A stretch of 64,000 nt of DNA from Candidatus Poribacteria bacterium. Its GTDB lineage: Bacteria > Poribacteria > WGA-4E > WGA-3G. The stretch covers positions 192,001-256,000 of the forward strand of contig CBDBFU010000013.1 in the NCBI GenBank assembly GCA_965205025.1, given 5' to 3'. A program made the position numbers and the translations under genes. Of this stretch, positions 9,381 through 20,401 are shown piece after piece (the first letter of the stretch is position 1; every line of letters begins with the position of its first letter). Below the pieces are notes generated by a model that was given only the letters and a program-made list of their open reading frames with translations, was not told the DNA's origin and made no database searches.

Positions 9381-11324
9381 ATGAAAGAAGATGAACAGCT
9401 GAAATCGACCGGAGTCACATGGAAATCTGTTGCGATTACAGTTGTATTGATTCCATTTAATTTTTACTGGATTATAGCGGGTGAAGTTGGTCTTGTCGGT
9501 TATGCTCTAAATACCTACGCTGTTCCATTCTACAATGTCGTCTTTGTCGTTTTTGCATTCACCTTAATCAATCTTGCCGTTCGATATACCTCAAGAATTC
9601 GGCTACTCACCAATGCTGAACTCCTCACAATATACATACTGCTTAGTACTGCTTGTGCCTTTCCATCCATTACCCTGATGACGATCCTCGTCACGACAGT
9701 TGGACATGCCTTCTGGTTCGCAACCCCCGAAAATGAATGGAAACAACTCTTTTGGGACTACTTACCGAGATGGCTTCTGGTTGATGATACCAAAGCATTG
9801 ACAGGATACTATACTGGGGCATCCAATCTCTCTACATTTGAGATCATAAGTAAATGGATGGTTCCAACACTCTCTTGGACACTATTCATCACTGCACTTG
9901 TCCTTGTGATGTTATGTATCAATGTCGTTATACGCAAACAGTGGATTGAACGTGAAAGACTTGCCTATCCTATCACACAGATAGCATTTCATCTTACCCA
10001 TAACACCAAATCCCTATTTTCCAATCGTATTACATGGATAGGATTCGGAATTGCTGCATCAATTGCAATTCTGAATGGATTCAGTTTCTTATACCCAACA
10101 ATTCCGTCATTACCCATAAAACGTATCGGTGGTTGGCGAGGATTTGGACATCTATTTACAGAAAAACCGTGGAATGCCATCGGGGGTATCAGCATGTCCT
10201 ACTACCCATTTGTAATTGGACTTGGACTGTTAATGCCGCTTGATCTATCTTTTTCCAGTTGGTTTTTCTTCATGTTCTATAAAGCACAACTGGTGTTATC
10301 CAGTGCGGCAGGCCTTTCCAGTATTCCCGGTTTCCCATACATTGATCGGCAATGCTTTGGGGCTGCTATAGGAATTTTCATCTCAGTATTAGTGCTTAAT
10401 CTACGTCATATTCGAGGTGTATTCCGAATAGCACGAAACCGTACTGGAGAAGATAATGACGAACCTGTTTCATACAGATTTGCACTATGGGGAATAGCAG
10501 CGGGGCTTGTAGCACTCTTCATTTTTGCCAATCGTATCGGTATGTCTCTATGGTTAATCCCTATCTTTTTTGCTATTTATTTTATCATTGTATTGGTGCT
10601 AACGCGTATGCGTGCCGAACAAGGTTTTCCAGTACATGCAATGGAGAACATGCCAAACCATCATATCCTCATAGACAGTTTCGGTACCCGGATGTTAGGA
10701 ACGAATAATCTCGTTGCCTTTACACTTTTCCGATGGTTCAATCGAAGCTATACCAGCAACCCAATGCCCCATCAGTTGGAAGGATTCAAACTATCAGAAC
10801 GATCAGGCATAGATCCAAAACGCCTATTTTTCTCACTACTCGGAATTTCCGCGTTTGCCTCAATTACGGTATTTGGGGTTATTCTTTATCTTTACTATAC
10901 TTATGGGGCATTGAACATGAGTGGTAGTAGCAGCTGGTCAACAGGATTTGGGGAACGTGTCTTCAGTGGACTCCAAAGGTGGTTATATTATCCTACCGAA
11001 CCGAACTTTTATGCAACGGGTGGTATTGCTTTTGGACTTCTCTTTTCCACACTTCTAATGTTTATGCGTGCAAGATTCTTTTGGTGGCCATTCCACCCAA
11101 TCGGATTTGTCGTTTCAAGTGATTGGGGGATGCGGTATTTGTGGAGTTGTATGTTGGTAAGTTCGATTGTAAAATGGTCTGTTCTGAGAATTAGTGGACC
11201 TCGTGCCTCACAACAATTGGTTATGTTTGCTCTTGGATTGATGTTAGGTGACTTCACGGTTGGTGGTATTTGGAGTCTCATTAGTGTTATCACTCAACAA
11301 CCGATGTATAACTTCTGGCCGTAA
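9381..11324 (+). CDS. DUF6785/DUF6784-type polytopic membrane protein (putative transporter)
   Basis: FATPENEW, RKQWIERERLAYP, MRAEQG, WWPFHPIGF motifs; paralogs at 22345 and 56475. Confidence 0.75.
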   Translation: MKEDEQLKSTGVTWKSVAITVVLIPFNFYWIIAGEVGLVGYALNTYAVPFYNVVFVVFAFTLINLAVRYTSRIRLLTNAELLTIYILLSTACAFPSITLMTILVTTVGHAFWFATPENEWKQLFWDYLPRWLLVDDTKALTGYYTGASNLSTFEIISKWMVPTLSWTLFITALVLVMLCINVVIRKQWIERERLAYPITQIAFHLTHNTKSLFSNRITWIGFGIAASIAILNGFSFLYPTIPSLPIKRIGGWRGFGHLFTEKPWNAIGGISMSYYPFVIGLGLLMPLDLSFSSWFFFMFYKAQLVLSSAAGLSSIPGFPYIDRQCFGAAIGIFISVLVLNLRHIRGVFRIARNRTGEDNDEPVSYRFALWGIAAGLVALFIFANRIGMSLWLIPIFFAIYFIIVLVLTRMRAEQGFPVHAMENMPNHHILIDSFGTRMLGTNNLVAFTLFRWFNRSYTSNPMPHQLEGFKLSERSGIDPKRLFFSLLGISAFASITVFGVILYLYYTYGALNMSGSSSWSTGFGERVFSGLQRWLYYPTEPNFYATGGIAFGLLFSTLLMFMRARFFWWPFHPIGFVVSSDWGMRYLWSCMLVSSIVKWSVLRISGPRASQQLVMFALGLMLGDFTVGGIWSLISVITQQPMYNFWP

Positions 11325-11448
11325 ACTTTATTCACTTCAAATTGGTGAATTGGTGGCTTTTGTTTGATAAAACACTCCAAGTATGATAAAATTCATTAAG
11401 AAATACTTGCTTGTATGCAACTCAATTAAAATCATCATAATTCTACCT

Positions 11449-11979
11449 ATGGAGTTGGAAGTGCGAACATTAACAATCTCTTTACCAGATTATTTATATC
11501 GGAAATTTACACGACAAGCTCAAGCATTTGATACATCTCTTGAGGAAATTGTGCTATTTCAACTCAAACTCGACGAAGTTAGGAATTCCGCATTGGTTTT
11601 CTTACAACAGCATGCCGGTAGGTGTCTAACTGTAAGAGAACCTATTTTTAAGGAAGAAACCCCACCTATCTGGGTAGTTCCGGCATTTACTAATGTGGCA
11701 CAACCACAAAAAGTTGGAGAAGTTGTCGTTGATGCCGACACGTTTAAAGTATTAAGCACACACAGGGATGTAATTGAAATGATAAAGAAGGGACACTCAA
11801 GTTTTGGTTTTAAGGACTTTCCTGTGGAAAAAAAAGATCGATTAGCAGACCTCTTAACATTAAATAATCAAAATTCTTTAGATGGAAAAGAGAAACTGGA
11901 ACTGGATATCCTACTTGCCGAAGAACAGGCACTACAACTCCAAAATCTGGAAACATTGGATAAGAGATTATTGTCATAG
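11449..11979 (+). CDS. hypothetical antitoxin-like protein (RHH-like N-terminus) upstream of an HNH remnant
   Basis: LTISLPDYLYRKF N-terminus; C-terminal RLADLL..N....L...EK.ELD.L helix; start uncertain (11383/11449/11461). Confidence 0.5.
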   Translation: MELEVRTLTISLPDYLYRKFTRQAQAFDTSLEEIVLFQLKLDEVRNSALVFLQQHAGRCLTVREPIFKEETPPIWVVPAFTNVAQPQKVGEVVVDADTFKVLSTHRDVIEMIKKGHSSFGFKDFPVEKKDRLADLLTLNNQNSLDGKEKLELDILLAEEQALQLQNLETLDKRLLS

Positions 11980-11993
11980 ATAAGGAGTGATAA

Positions 11994-12152
11994 GTGCGTG
12001 TAGGTGATCCAATGCGTGGTGATATTCTAAATCGCGCAAATGGCAAGTGCGAATACTGTCACTATCCAGAGCACTTCTCTCCTTCAGCGTTTGAGGTAGA
12101 ACATATCATTCCAAAATCAGCAAATGGATTAACAAGAATTGAAAACCTTTAA
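11994..12152 (+). pseudogene. truncated HNH endonuclease
   Basis: AAGGAG RBS, GTG start, RANGKCEYCHYP...FEVEHIIPKSANG..RIENL then stop before the second CxxC/N. Confidence 0.75.
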
Positions 12153-12269
12153 CCATCAATCCACAATACTCCTCTATATCTATTTGGTGTATATTTTATA
12201 CATCAATAAGTTCTTCCTTTCATTGAAATATACATATTTTGTCATCCTATCTGCTAAGGAAACAGTGAG

Positions 12270-13221
12270 ATGCAACCTAAAGAGAATACTTACACTACAA
12301 AAGATCTATCCTCAGAAGAAGTTAAACCATCGTCCATTCACCTTGATGAACGGATGAAATACCGTAAGGTTGATGGTGAATTGCTACAACGCGCGTGGCA
12401 CACCGCACACAAAATTGCAGCCATGCTTTATGAAGATTTCGGAGCATCGCAGGTCGCTGTATTTGGATCGCTTGCCGAAGGATATTGGTTTTCAACGGAA
12501 TCCGATATTGATATTGCTGTCTGGGGAATTCAAGGAGATACGTATCACGATGCTGTATGGGAAACCAGGAACTTTAGTACTGAATTTCGAATCGATCTCG
12601 TCAACTACCACAGTGCAAATGGACGATTTTGTGATCGGATACAAAACCAAGCCAATTCTAATTCAAGCAGAGAAAACTGGTTTAGATATTTCCATAGACA
12701 ACCAAGTCTCCTTTACATTAAAGGAAAATACTTCTGAAGTGAATAGTCGAAAACTCATTGAACGAATAACCGATGAACGCAAAAAATTAGAACAAACTGT
12801 TGAAGAAATTAGGGTGCGCCTCAAAAAAATAGAAATGATATCAGGTGAAGATCTGGAAGATCTTAAAGTTTTGGTTGCAATTCGTCTTCCTGTTTTTTAT
12901 ACGGGATTAGAGAACATATTTAAACGGATCGCTCGTGAAATTGACATGGATCAACCTCAGGGTAGAGATTGGCACAAAGATTTGTTAAATCAAATGGCAT
13001 CATCACACCGTATGCGTCCTGCCGTGATCTCGAGGAAATTAATTACCACTTTGGATCATATATTAAAGTTTCGTCACCGTTTCAGGAACATCTATGTGTT
13101 TGAGTTAGAACTTGAAAGAGTAGTTGAAAATGCACAACGAGTTTCTGATATATTTAAAGAACTCAATGGAGAACTTGGTAGTTTTATCAGGTGGATAGAG
13201 ACACAGACATCAGATAAGTAG
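12270..13221 (+). pseudogene. MNT-HEPN fusion paralog 2, frameshifted near 12650-12660
   Basis: MNT half in ORF 12270-12737 (VFGSL..SDIDI); HEPN half in another frame to 13221 (WHKDLL, FRHRFRNIY); paralogs are single ORFs. Confidence 0.7.
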
Positions 13222-13254
13222 ACTGTAGATCCTATTTTCCAAGGGAACAGTGAT

Positions 13255-14139
13255 ATGCAACAACCAAAAGAAAACACTCCCACTTCAAAAGATCTGTCCC
13301 CAGAAGAGGTAGAACTATCCTCCATCCGCTTTGATGAACGTTTGAAGAACCGTACGGTTGATTGTGAATTGCTACATCGCGCATGGGATACCGCACATCG
13401 GATTGCAGCCATGCTTTATGAAGTTTTTGGGGCAACTCAGGTTGCTGTATTTGGATCACTTGCCGAGGAATACTATTTTTCAAAATGGTCAGATATTGAT
13501 ATTGTTGTGTGGGGTATCCCTAATGACAAGTCCCTACGCGCTTTATCAGTGGCATCAGATATTAGTAGACTCTTTAAGGTAGATCTCGTGATGTTTGAGA
13601 ACTGTGAAAAAAAGTTTCAAGAACGAATAAGTAATCAACTAAGATATATAGAAAAAGGTGTAATATATAACGTGGACCGAAGTGGGTTTATTGAGCGTAT
13701 TGGTGCTGAACGCGATAAAATTGAAACAACAATTGCAAAAATTGACGATAGACTACAAAAAATAAAGACTGCTCCAGACGAATATAAAGAAGAGATTGAA
13801 ACAACAATTGCTAAGAATCTTGTAGATTGTTATCAAGGGATGGAGAATATCTTTAGACGGATAGCTCTTGATGTGGATTTACACTTACCTGATGGAAGCA
13901 TGTGGCATAAAGAATTGCTATCTCAGATGGTTGAACGACATGATGAACGACCATCTGTGATTACTCAAGAAACCTATCTCCGAATACAAGAACTATTGGA
14001 GTTTCGTCATGTTTTCAATAATATCTACGGAGAGGAATTGGTGTACGAAAGAACAGAAAAAATCGGTAAAGAAATTGGTGGATTGTTTCAAAACTTTTAT
14101 AAAGAACTGGACCTGTTCATCGCTTGGTTGGAGAAGTAA
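13255..14139 (+). CDS. MNT-HEPN fusion paralog 3
   Basis: VFGSL..SDIDI; YQGMENIF..IA, WHKELL, FRHVFNNIY. Confidence 0.8.
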   Translation: MQQPKENTPTSKDLSPEEVELSSIRFDERLKNRTVDCELLHRAWDTAHRIAAMLYEVFGATQVAVFGSLAEEYYFSKWSDIDIVVWGIPNDKSLRALSVASDISRLFKVDLVMFENCEKKFQERISNQLRYIEKGVIYNVDRSGFIERIGAERDKIETTIAKIDDRLQKIKTAPDEYKEEIETTIAKNLVDCYQGMENIFRRIALDVDLHLPDGSMWHKELLSQMVERHDERPSVITQETYLRIQELLEFRHVFNNIYGEELVYERTEKIGKEIGGLFQNFYKELDLFIAWLEK

Positions 14140-14156
14140 ACATCAAAAAAGGCGAA

Positions 14157-15309
14157 ATGACTAATCACACACTTCTACACCAAATCACAGACTTCTGCAG
14201 ATTCCTCCGACAGATGGGTGTGAATGTAACAACAACCAATCAGTTAAGTTGGTGTAAGAGTGTAGAACTCATTGATATTGCAGATCGCGAGACGTTTTAT
14301 CATACAGCACGAACAAATCTAATTGTCAACCAAGCAGACTGTGAGAAATTTGATCTCGCCTTTAACCTTTTCTGGCGATTTCCAAGACCCGAATTCCAAT
14401 CGGTTGAAATGGATGGTGAACCTGAGCCTTCAGCATTACAAGATCTATACAATGAAGAAGATATAGAGAACGTACTTGATCAATGGATAGACCACGAGGA
14501 AGAGGACGATGCTGAAGCACAGGAAGACGATCCTATCGCTTATAGTGTTGAAGATGTCTTCACTCAAAAGGATTTCAGTGAGTTCACCATGGAGGATATG
14601 GAAAGGGCACGCGACATTGTTGCAAAATTGGCAGCCATATTAGCAACAAGACTGAGTAGACGAAAAGTTGTTAGCAAAAAGGGAAAGACCATTGATTTCA
14701 GAAAAAGTTGGCGGCAAAGTCTTACTTACGGTGGTGAACCCATCGAACTCAAACGGAAACAAAAAAAGATAAAAAAGACTAAGATCCTACTTCTGTGTGA
14801 TGTAAGTGGTTCTATGGATTGTTATGCCAAATTCCTAATACAATTTATATACGGTATGCAGCAAGAATTGAAAGAAGTTGAGGTGGCAGTTTTTAGTACA
14901 CACCTAACAAACATTACAGGTCTACTCCGTCGAAAGGGTTTGGCAGAAGGTCTAAATGAAGTAGCAAACGCTGTTCCAGACTGGTCGGGTGGTACAAAAA
15001 TAGGGGAAAGCCTATTAGAATTCTATCGACAATTTGCTGCGTCTTTCTCAGCATACCGTACCGTTGTCATCCTCATCAGCGACGGTTGGGATCGTGGAGA
15101 TGCAGATATTACTTCGTCGATCCATGGAAATGATACACCAACATGCATATAAACTGATATGGCTAAATCCACTGCTTGGGAGTGATACCTATCAACCGAT
15201 TTGTAGAGGTATCCGAACTGCAATGCCTTATGTGGACTATTTTCTTCCAGCACATAATTTGGAGAGTTTTAGCACAATTGACAAAGGTTCTAATTCCTCT
15301 CTGGTCTAA
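14157..15309 (+). pseudogene. VWA domain CoxE-like protein, frameshifted near the C-terminus
   Basis: LCDVSGSM MIDAS, WSGGTKIG, ISDGWDRG; continues in another frame as LIWLNPL...RGIRTAMPYVD. Confidence 0.8.
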
Positions 15310-15495
15310 GTAATCCCTCCTATGGTAAACAACAATGAAATAGATAGATACTATTTTGAAGTTGTGGTGTTATTATATACAAGAGCTATAAGAATATCAT
15401 ATATAGAATAGGTACGATTTCCACCCACTACATTTAGAATGTGGATACTGTAATTTTAATTCTTATACCTCATCTTAAAACAAGGAATATTTTCT

Positions 15496-16623
15496 ATGCA
15501 AGTTCAGGCAGCGGTGATGCTCCAACCGGGGCAGATAGAAATCCGCGAATATGACAAACCAACACCGGAAGACGATTCGCTCATACTACAAGTAGACAAA
15601 GTTGGTATCTGTGGTAGTGACAAACACATGTACCTTGGACATACAGCACTTAAATTCCCTGTTATTCCAGGACATGAAGTAGTCGGTACAGTTGCTGAAA
15701 TCGGAAAGGATGCCAACAAAGTTATGAATGTAATGGGTGGTCCTATTAAGACTGGCGACCGAATTACTGTTGTACCCGGTTCAAAGAATTGTGGTAGATG
15801 CTACTACTGCTTACATGTACCAGGACGTCCGACTTTATGTTCAGGACGTACGATCTATGGGTTTAGTAATAGCGAGACTCCACCATACCTGAATGGTGAA
15901 TTTTCTGAATGTACATATATTCACGGGAACTCTTGGGTATATAAGATTCCTGATGATATTCCAGAGGAAATAGCAGTACTTACTGAACCTGTTGCTGTAG
16001 CGACACGTGCTGTTGAGCGTGCTTGTGCCCCCGGGTTTACCACAGATTGGGGATGGCTATAGTATTGGAAGCAGTGTCGCCGTACTCGGATGCGGACCGA
16101 TTGGACTTCTTGTGATTGCAGTCTTAAGAGATAGTGGGGCTGGTACAATTATCGCTACGGACCTTGTTGATAGCCGTTTGGAAATGGCACAGCACATGGG
16201 TGCGGATGTGGTTATTAATGTAGGAGATACTACACCAGAAGAAACGGGTTGAACAAATTCAGGATCTTACAAATGGTGTCGGTGTGGACATAGCGATTGA
16301 ATGTGCAGGTATACCTGCTGTTTTTTCAGAAGCTTTGGATGTTGTCAGACGCGGAGCGAAAGTCATAGAGGTAGGTCCATTATACTGATTCAGGCGATAT
16401 ACAAGTTAGACCTCATCAAATCTGTAACAAAGACCTTGATGTTTGTGGCGTGTGGGCATATCCACAGATCCAATTTCAGACAGCGTTAGATTTCCTTCAA
16501 AGAACACGGACACCCTTACACAAGCTAATTACGCATCGTCTACCCTTAAATCAATTAGAACATGGTATTGATATGCTTGGAAAAGAGGGTGTCTATAAGG
16601 TTGTTATCGAACCACAAACATAA
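15496..16623 (+). pseudogene. zinc-dependent alcohol dehydrogenase (MDR) split by several frameshifts
   Basis: GICGSD, GHE, CGRCYYC in the first frame; GCGPIG in the second; C-terminal part ends at TAA 16621-16623. Confidence 0.8.
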
Positions 16624-16676
16624 TGAACTGCTAAGAATTCCTATGTTTTAAAAAAGTCAACAATTCCTATACATAG

Positions 16677-17664
16677 GTGAAAAATATGAAAAATCGGAAC
16701 TACATACTCAAACTACTATTATTTCTAATCTTAGTATATATCGTTTCTTTTAATACCTCGATTACAATTGCTCAAGATATACCAAAAAAAGGTTCCTCGT
16801 TATTTACAACAATTGAAAACGCAAAAGAGTATATCATAAACAATCAGAATGTAGATGGCGGTTGGCCACTAATACCAGGTGAAGAAAGCGATGTTGAGAT
16901 CACAGCACTTGCTATCTGGTCTCTAATTGATGCGGATTGGGGAACAGGATCAAGTGTCGTTCGTCGCGGTGTCAGATATTTGGAAAGATACCAACGTGAA
17001 GATGGTAGTTGGAATAACAATACTGCTCACACCATTTTTAGTGTTATCGCATTGGCAAAGGGAAAAACAGCACCAGATATACGATTTAGGGGTTTACAAT
17101 GGCTGAAAAAAGCACAAAATCCTAGTGGTAGTTGGGGTAGTGAAAGCAATGATACTGGACATATCCTTTATACAGCAGCATCTCTTGTTGGACTAAAAAA
17201 AACTCGGGTTAACGCAGAGAAATTCCGAGCTTATTCCTTCTGGTATGAAATGGATAGCAGATCCAGAACGGATAAATTTTGATGGTGGATGGACATTACC
17301 CAATGGTACACAGTCAGATATTTATGTGACTTCTTGGGTATTGCAGGCACTATCTCCTGACTACGATCTTGATGAGCAGATTGCATGGATAAAGCAATTC
17401 CAAAATAAGGATGGTGGTTTCGGGAGATATAGAGGGAATTCAAGTGATCCAGAGGTTACTGCTACCGTAATTATGGCACTTGCAGCAAGTGAAGATCCAC
17501 TTAATACACGCCGTATAGCGATTTCTTATTTTACAAAGGCTCAATCTGAAAATGGCGGTTTTATTAGTGATACACCAATAGAACTCAAAACCCCAACCGA
17601 GAACTTACAAACTACCTGTTTTGTATTGATTGCCATTCATGCCAATACAAACAGTGAACAATAA
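16677..17664 (+). pseudogene. secreted prenyltransferase/squalene-cyclase repeat protein, frameshifted near an A-run at ~17195
   Basis: Signal peptide; repeated Q(N/R)xDG(G/S)W/F motifs in both ORFs (16677-17282 and 17245-17664). Confidence 0.75.
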
Positions 17665-17678
17665 AACAGGCATTTCAT

Positions 17679-17723
17679 AGAAAAGGGATGATTCAAGTAT
17701 ATACACTTCAATCATCCCTTTCT
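17679..17723. terminator. bidirectional terminator-like hairpin between convergent genes
   Basis: agaaaagggatgatt...aatcatccctttct. Confidence 0.65.
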
Positions 17724-17774
17724 TTATTTCTAAAACTTGTCTGAGTAAATTTTCAATATCTCTCTAAATATGTC

Positions 17775-19304
17775 CTAAAATTCAACCAGTAATTGTGGAA
17801 TAATCCTTGCACTACGTGTTGGTTTTTCAACGTTATTAATCTGATAGACAATCCTTGCTAATGCTCCTTCGGAGAAATGCCACGTTAAGGCACCACCAAG
17901 GGTTGACCACACCTGATCTTCATCCCCCCGATTGAATGTAAATGTGTTGAACTTTGTTGTGTTTGGATTCCACACATCATACTTCAATCGAACATCTAAT
18001 GTCTCAGACAAAGGCAATTCTGCATGAAGATAATAACCTTCAACAGAAGCATTTCTGTCTTCGGTTGGTATCGGAATATAAAGATACTTCAAGAGTTGTG
18101 TATCTCTACCTCTAACCCATTCAGCAGCAAAGTCAAGACGCCACAACTTGAAACTTGTTGCAAAACCAGCACGCCGTTTATATACTAACGTGGACGGGTT
18201 GACATCACCATTAATAGGATTAAATGGATAACTATTCCCATCAAAATAGGATCCACCAAGCCAAATTCTCTTACCAAAAACTGGCAGTGTCCCGTTTAAA
18301 TGGACAAACACTGGTGGACTGTTATTTCTAATCGGTTTTAAGATACCACCTCCACTTCCGTGTGGACCAATTTGTATGCCTTTAGCCACTGTGCCTTCTG
18401 TGACAGTTCGGAGCGAATCTGGTCCATCCGCAAGCGATACTACATAAGAGACTGGTCCTACAAATCCATTTAGTTGTAATCCACGATCAGAAATGAAACC
18501 GATATTCTTCCTTACCAAATTATATAATGGATTCGCTGCAGCATCCGACTTCGTATCTATACCAAATCCATGACGAAACCTACCTACTTTTAAAGAAGCA
18601 CCCTTTGGAAGGACAGGTAGTCCTGTCAGAATTGCATATACAAAACCGTGGTCATCAGCGACTTGTGTTCCCAAAGGAGAGGTCGTCAACAACTGCTCTC
18701 CTAATACACTCACATGATCCCCAATGCTCGTGGTAACGACAAATTCAGCAACGTGAATTAAGGTGGTTCCCGAATCCCAATTCTCTCTATCAGGGAACAG
18801 ATCTTTCCCACGAGTGATACGCCGTATATCTAACGCACCTCCGAAAACCAGATCTCCGAATGCACCACCCAGAAAATCTGAACCCCCTGTATCCTCTGAG
18901 ACATCAGCATCATCAAAACTAAAGACATTGTCATCATCAAGATCAATATCTTCATCGGATTCAGATAGTTCGTTCGATGTTTCAACATTTTCAGGTGTAC
19001 TGGCTGCATCTCCAGGATAGGAACGAGCAATAAGTTCTTTTATATTGCTAAACCCATCTTTATCAGAATCCATATTTTCAATACGTGTGAATGTAGACAT
19101 GTTCATTCCGTTATGTAAGAATGCTCTACCGTAAGGGTTTGGTGAATCTCCACCCTTCTTTGAAAAATGGCATACATTACATCCACCTGTCCATTTATAT
19201 TTTGTTTTGAACATTTTATAGAATGCTGGGAGAGCGTGGACTGATTGGTCTGCAATTAAGGTACAAAAGAGCACCATCACGCAGATAAATAGTATTTTGC
19301 GCAT
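17775..19304 (-). CDS. monoheme cytochrome c + outer-membrane beta-barrel fusion (Cyc2-like architecture)
   Basis: Signal peptide, ALPAF...CNVCH...NPYGRAF, DSDKDG acidic motif, acidic linker, alternating beta-strand C-terminal domain ending in F. Confidence 0.7.
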   Translation of the reverse strand: MRKILFICVMVLFCTLIADQSVHALPAFYKMFKTKYKWTGGCNVCHFSKKGGDSPNPYGRAFLHNGMNMSTFTRIENMDSDKDGFSNIKELIARSYPGDAASTPENVETSNELSESDEDIDLDDDNVFSFDDADVSEDTGGSDFLGGAFGDLVFGGALDIRRITRGKDLFPDRENWDSGTTLIHVAEFVVTTSIGDHVSVLGEQLLTTSPLGTQVADDHGFVYAILTGLPVLPKGASLKVGRFRHGFGIDTKSDAAANPLYNLVRKNIGFISDRGLQLNGFVGPVSYVVSLADGPDSLRTVTEGTVAKGIQIGPHGSGGGILKPIRNNSPPVFVHLNGTLPVFGKRIWLGGSYFDGNSYPFNPINGDVNPSTLVYKRRAGFATSFKLWRLDFAAEWVRGRDTQLLKYLYIPIPTEDRNASVEGYYLHAELPLSETLDVRLKYDVWNPNTTKFNTFTFNRGDEDQVWSTLGGALTWHFSEGALARIVYQINNVEKPTRSARIIPQLLVEF

Positions 19305-19363
19305 GATTTATTCCTTATATGAAATGAATGCAATGATATTCGAAAATATCCTAAGAACTTGCC

Positions 19364-20341
19364 CTAATACGACTCAATATCAATTTCTTCACCCGTGAAT
19401 CGTATATGTGCTTGATTCACTAATGTCAATATTTGTTCCCACTGTTTACGCGTATCGTCTGTTATACCTGATTCATCAAGGGCATCAGCAAATTCTGTAA
19501 GCATTTTACCGAACTTTTCCTGCATCTCCGTGTATTCTTCTGTCTGATCAGCATTCATAGGTGGCTCAAATTCGGAGATTCCTTTTCCATATAGAACGAG
19601 TTTCTTAGCAGCAGATACTGCTTCTTCCTTCCCTTCACCTTTGTCAAAATAATCTATAATAGCATAATAAGCATCTACCATCAGAATCATAAGTTCCTTT
19701 AAATCCTCAACTTCAGGTATCTCTTCGGTTGGTTCTTCTGGTGTGGGTTTTTCTTCTGCTTCTGGCTTGGGTTTACGCTTCAGAAAGAGGGCATAACTCA
19801 TGACCAGTGTCTTTTTCGGCATTAAAGCAATCGCCTTAGATGCATCTTCTTGTCCCTTAACTGCTTCAACATCCTTTCCAACAGTGAAAGCATCGTCTAT
19901 TCCCTTGTCAACGAACTGCTTAAGAAATTTCTCTGAGGTAATTGACTCTGATTCCTTGTGATCATAAACAGCTACTTTCACAACTTTACCTTTCATGTTA
20001 AGTCCAACAGCCCCATCAATTTTCCCATGTGGTCCCTGCACATCAACGAATAATACCAAACCCATAGGTTTCTTATTCTCACCAATCGATATATAGAAAA
20101 TCGGTTTCAGGTCTTCTTTACGAAGTTTCGTCCCCAAATCTTTCTCAATGGACTTAATCTTGTCTGTTGTAAGCACAACACTTCTCTGAACGAATTTTTT
20201 CGCTTTTGGGAAAATACCTGCGAGTTTTTCACCCGGCCACTCAGTTTCATGCGTAATACCGAGTATCGGGGTGAATACCATCGCAAATGCAAACACAAAT
20301 ATTATACTATTTCGGATAGGAAGGTATTTATTGAATAACAT
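19364..20341 (-). CDS. exported FMN_bind-like domain + four-helix (cytochrome b562-like) domain protein
   Basis: Signal peptide; V.G.HG.I...VG....GKV..V.V..H.E......FLKQF pattern; Pro/Glu linker; helical C-terminal domain with Met near its start and His near its end. Confidence 0.6.
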   Translation of the reverse strand: MLFNKYLPIRNSIIFVFAFAMVFTPILGITHETEWPGEKLAGIFPKAKKFVQRSVVLTTDKIKSIEKDLGTKLRKEDLKPIFYISIGENKKPMGLVLFVDVQGPHGKIDGAVGLNMKGKVVKVAVYDHKESESITSEKFLKQFVDKGIDDAFTVGKDVEAVKGQEDASKAIALMPKKTLVMSYALFLKRKPKPEAEEKPTPEEPTEEIPEVEDLKELMILMVDAYYAIIDYFDKGEGKEEAVSAAKKLVLYGKGISEFEPPMNADQTEEYTEMQEKFGKMLTEFADALDESGITDDTRKQWEQILTLVNQAHIRFTGEEIDIESY

Positions 20342-20401
20342 CTATTCACTCCTTTTGAAGTGTCTGCTGCCGATAGATATTATCGACAGCAGACAGATAA
20401 T

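Noticed and set aside
16677-17664. Squalene-hopene cyclase
   Set aside because: Too short, secreted, and lacks the DXDD catalytic motif; only the QW-like repeats are present.
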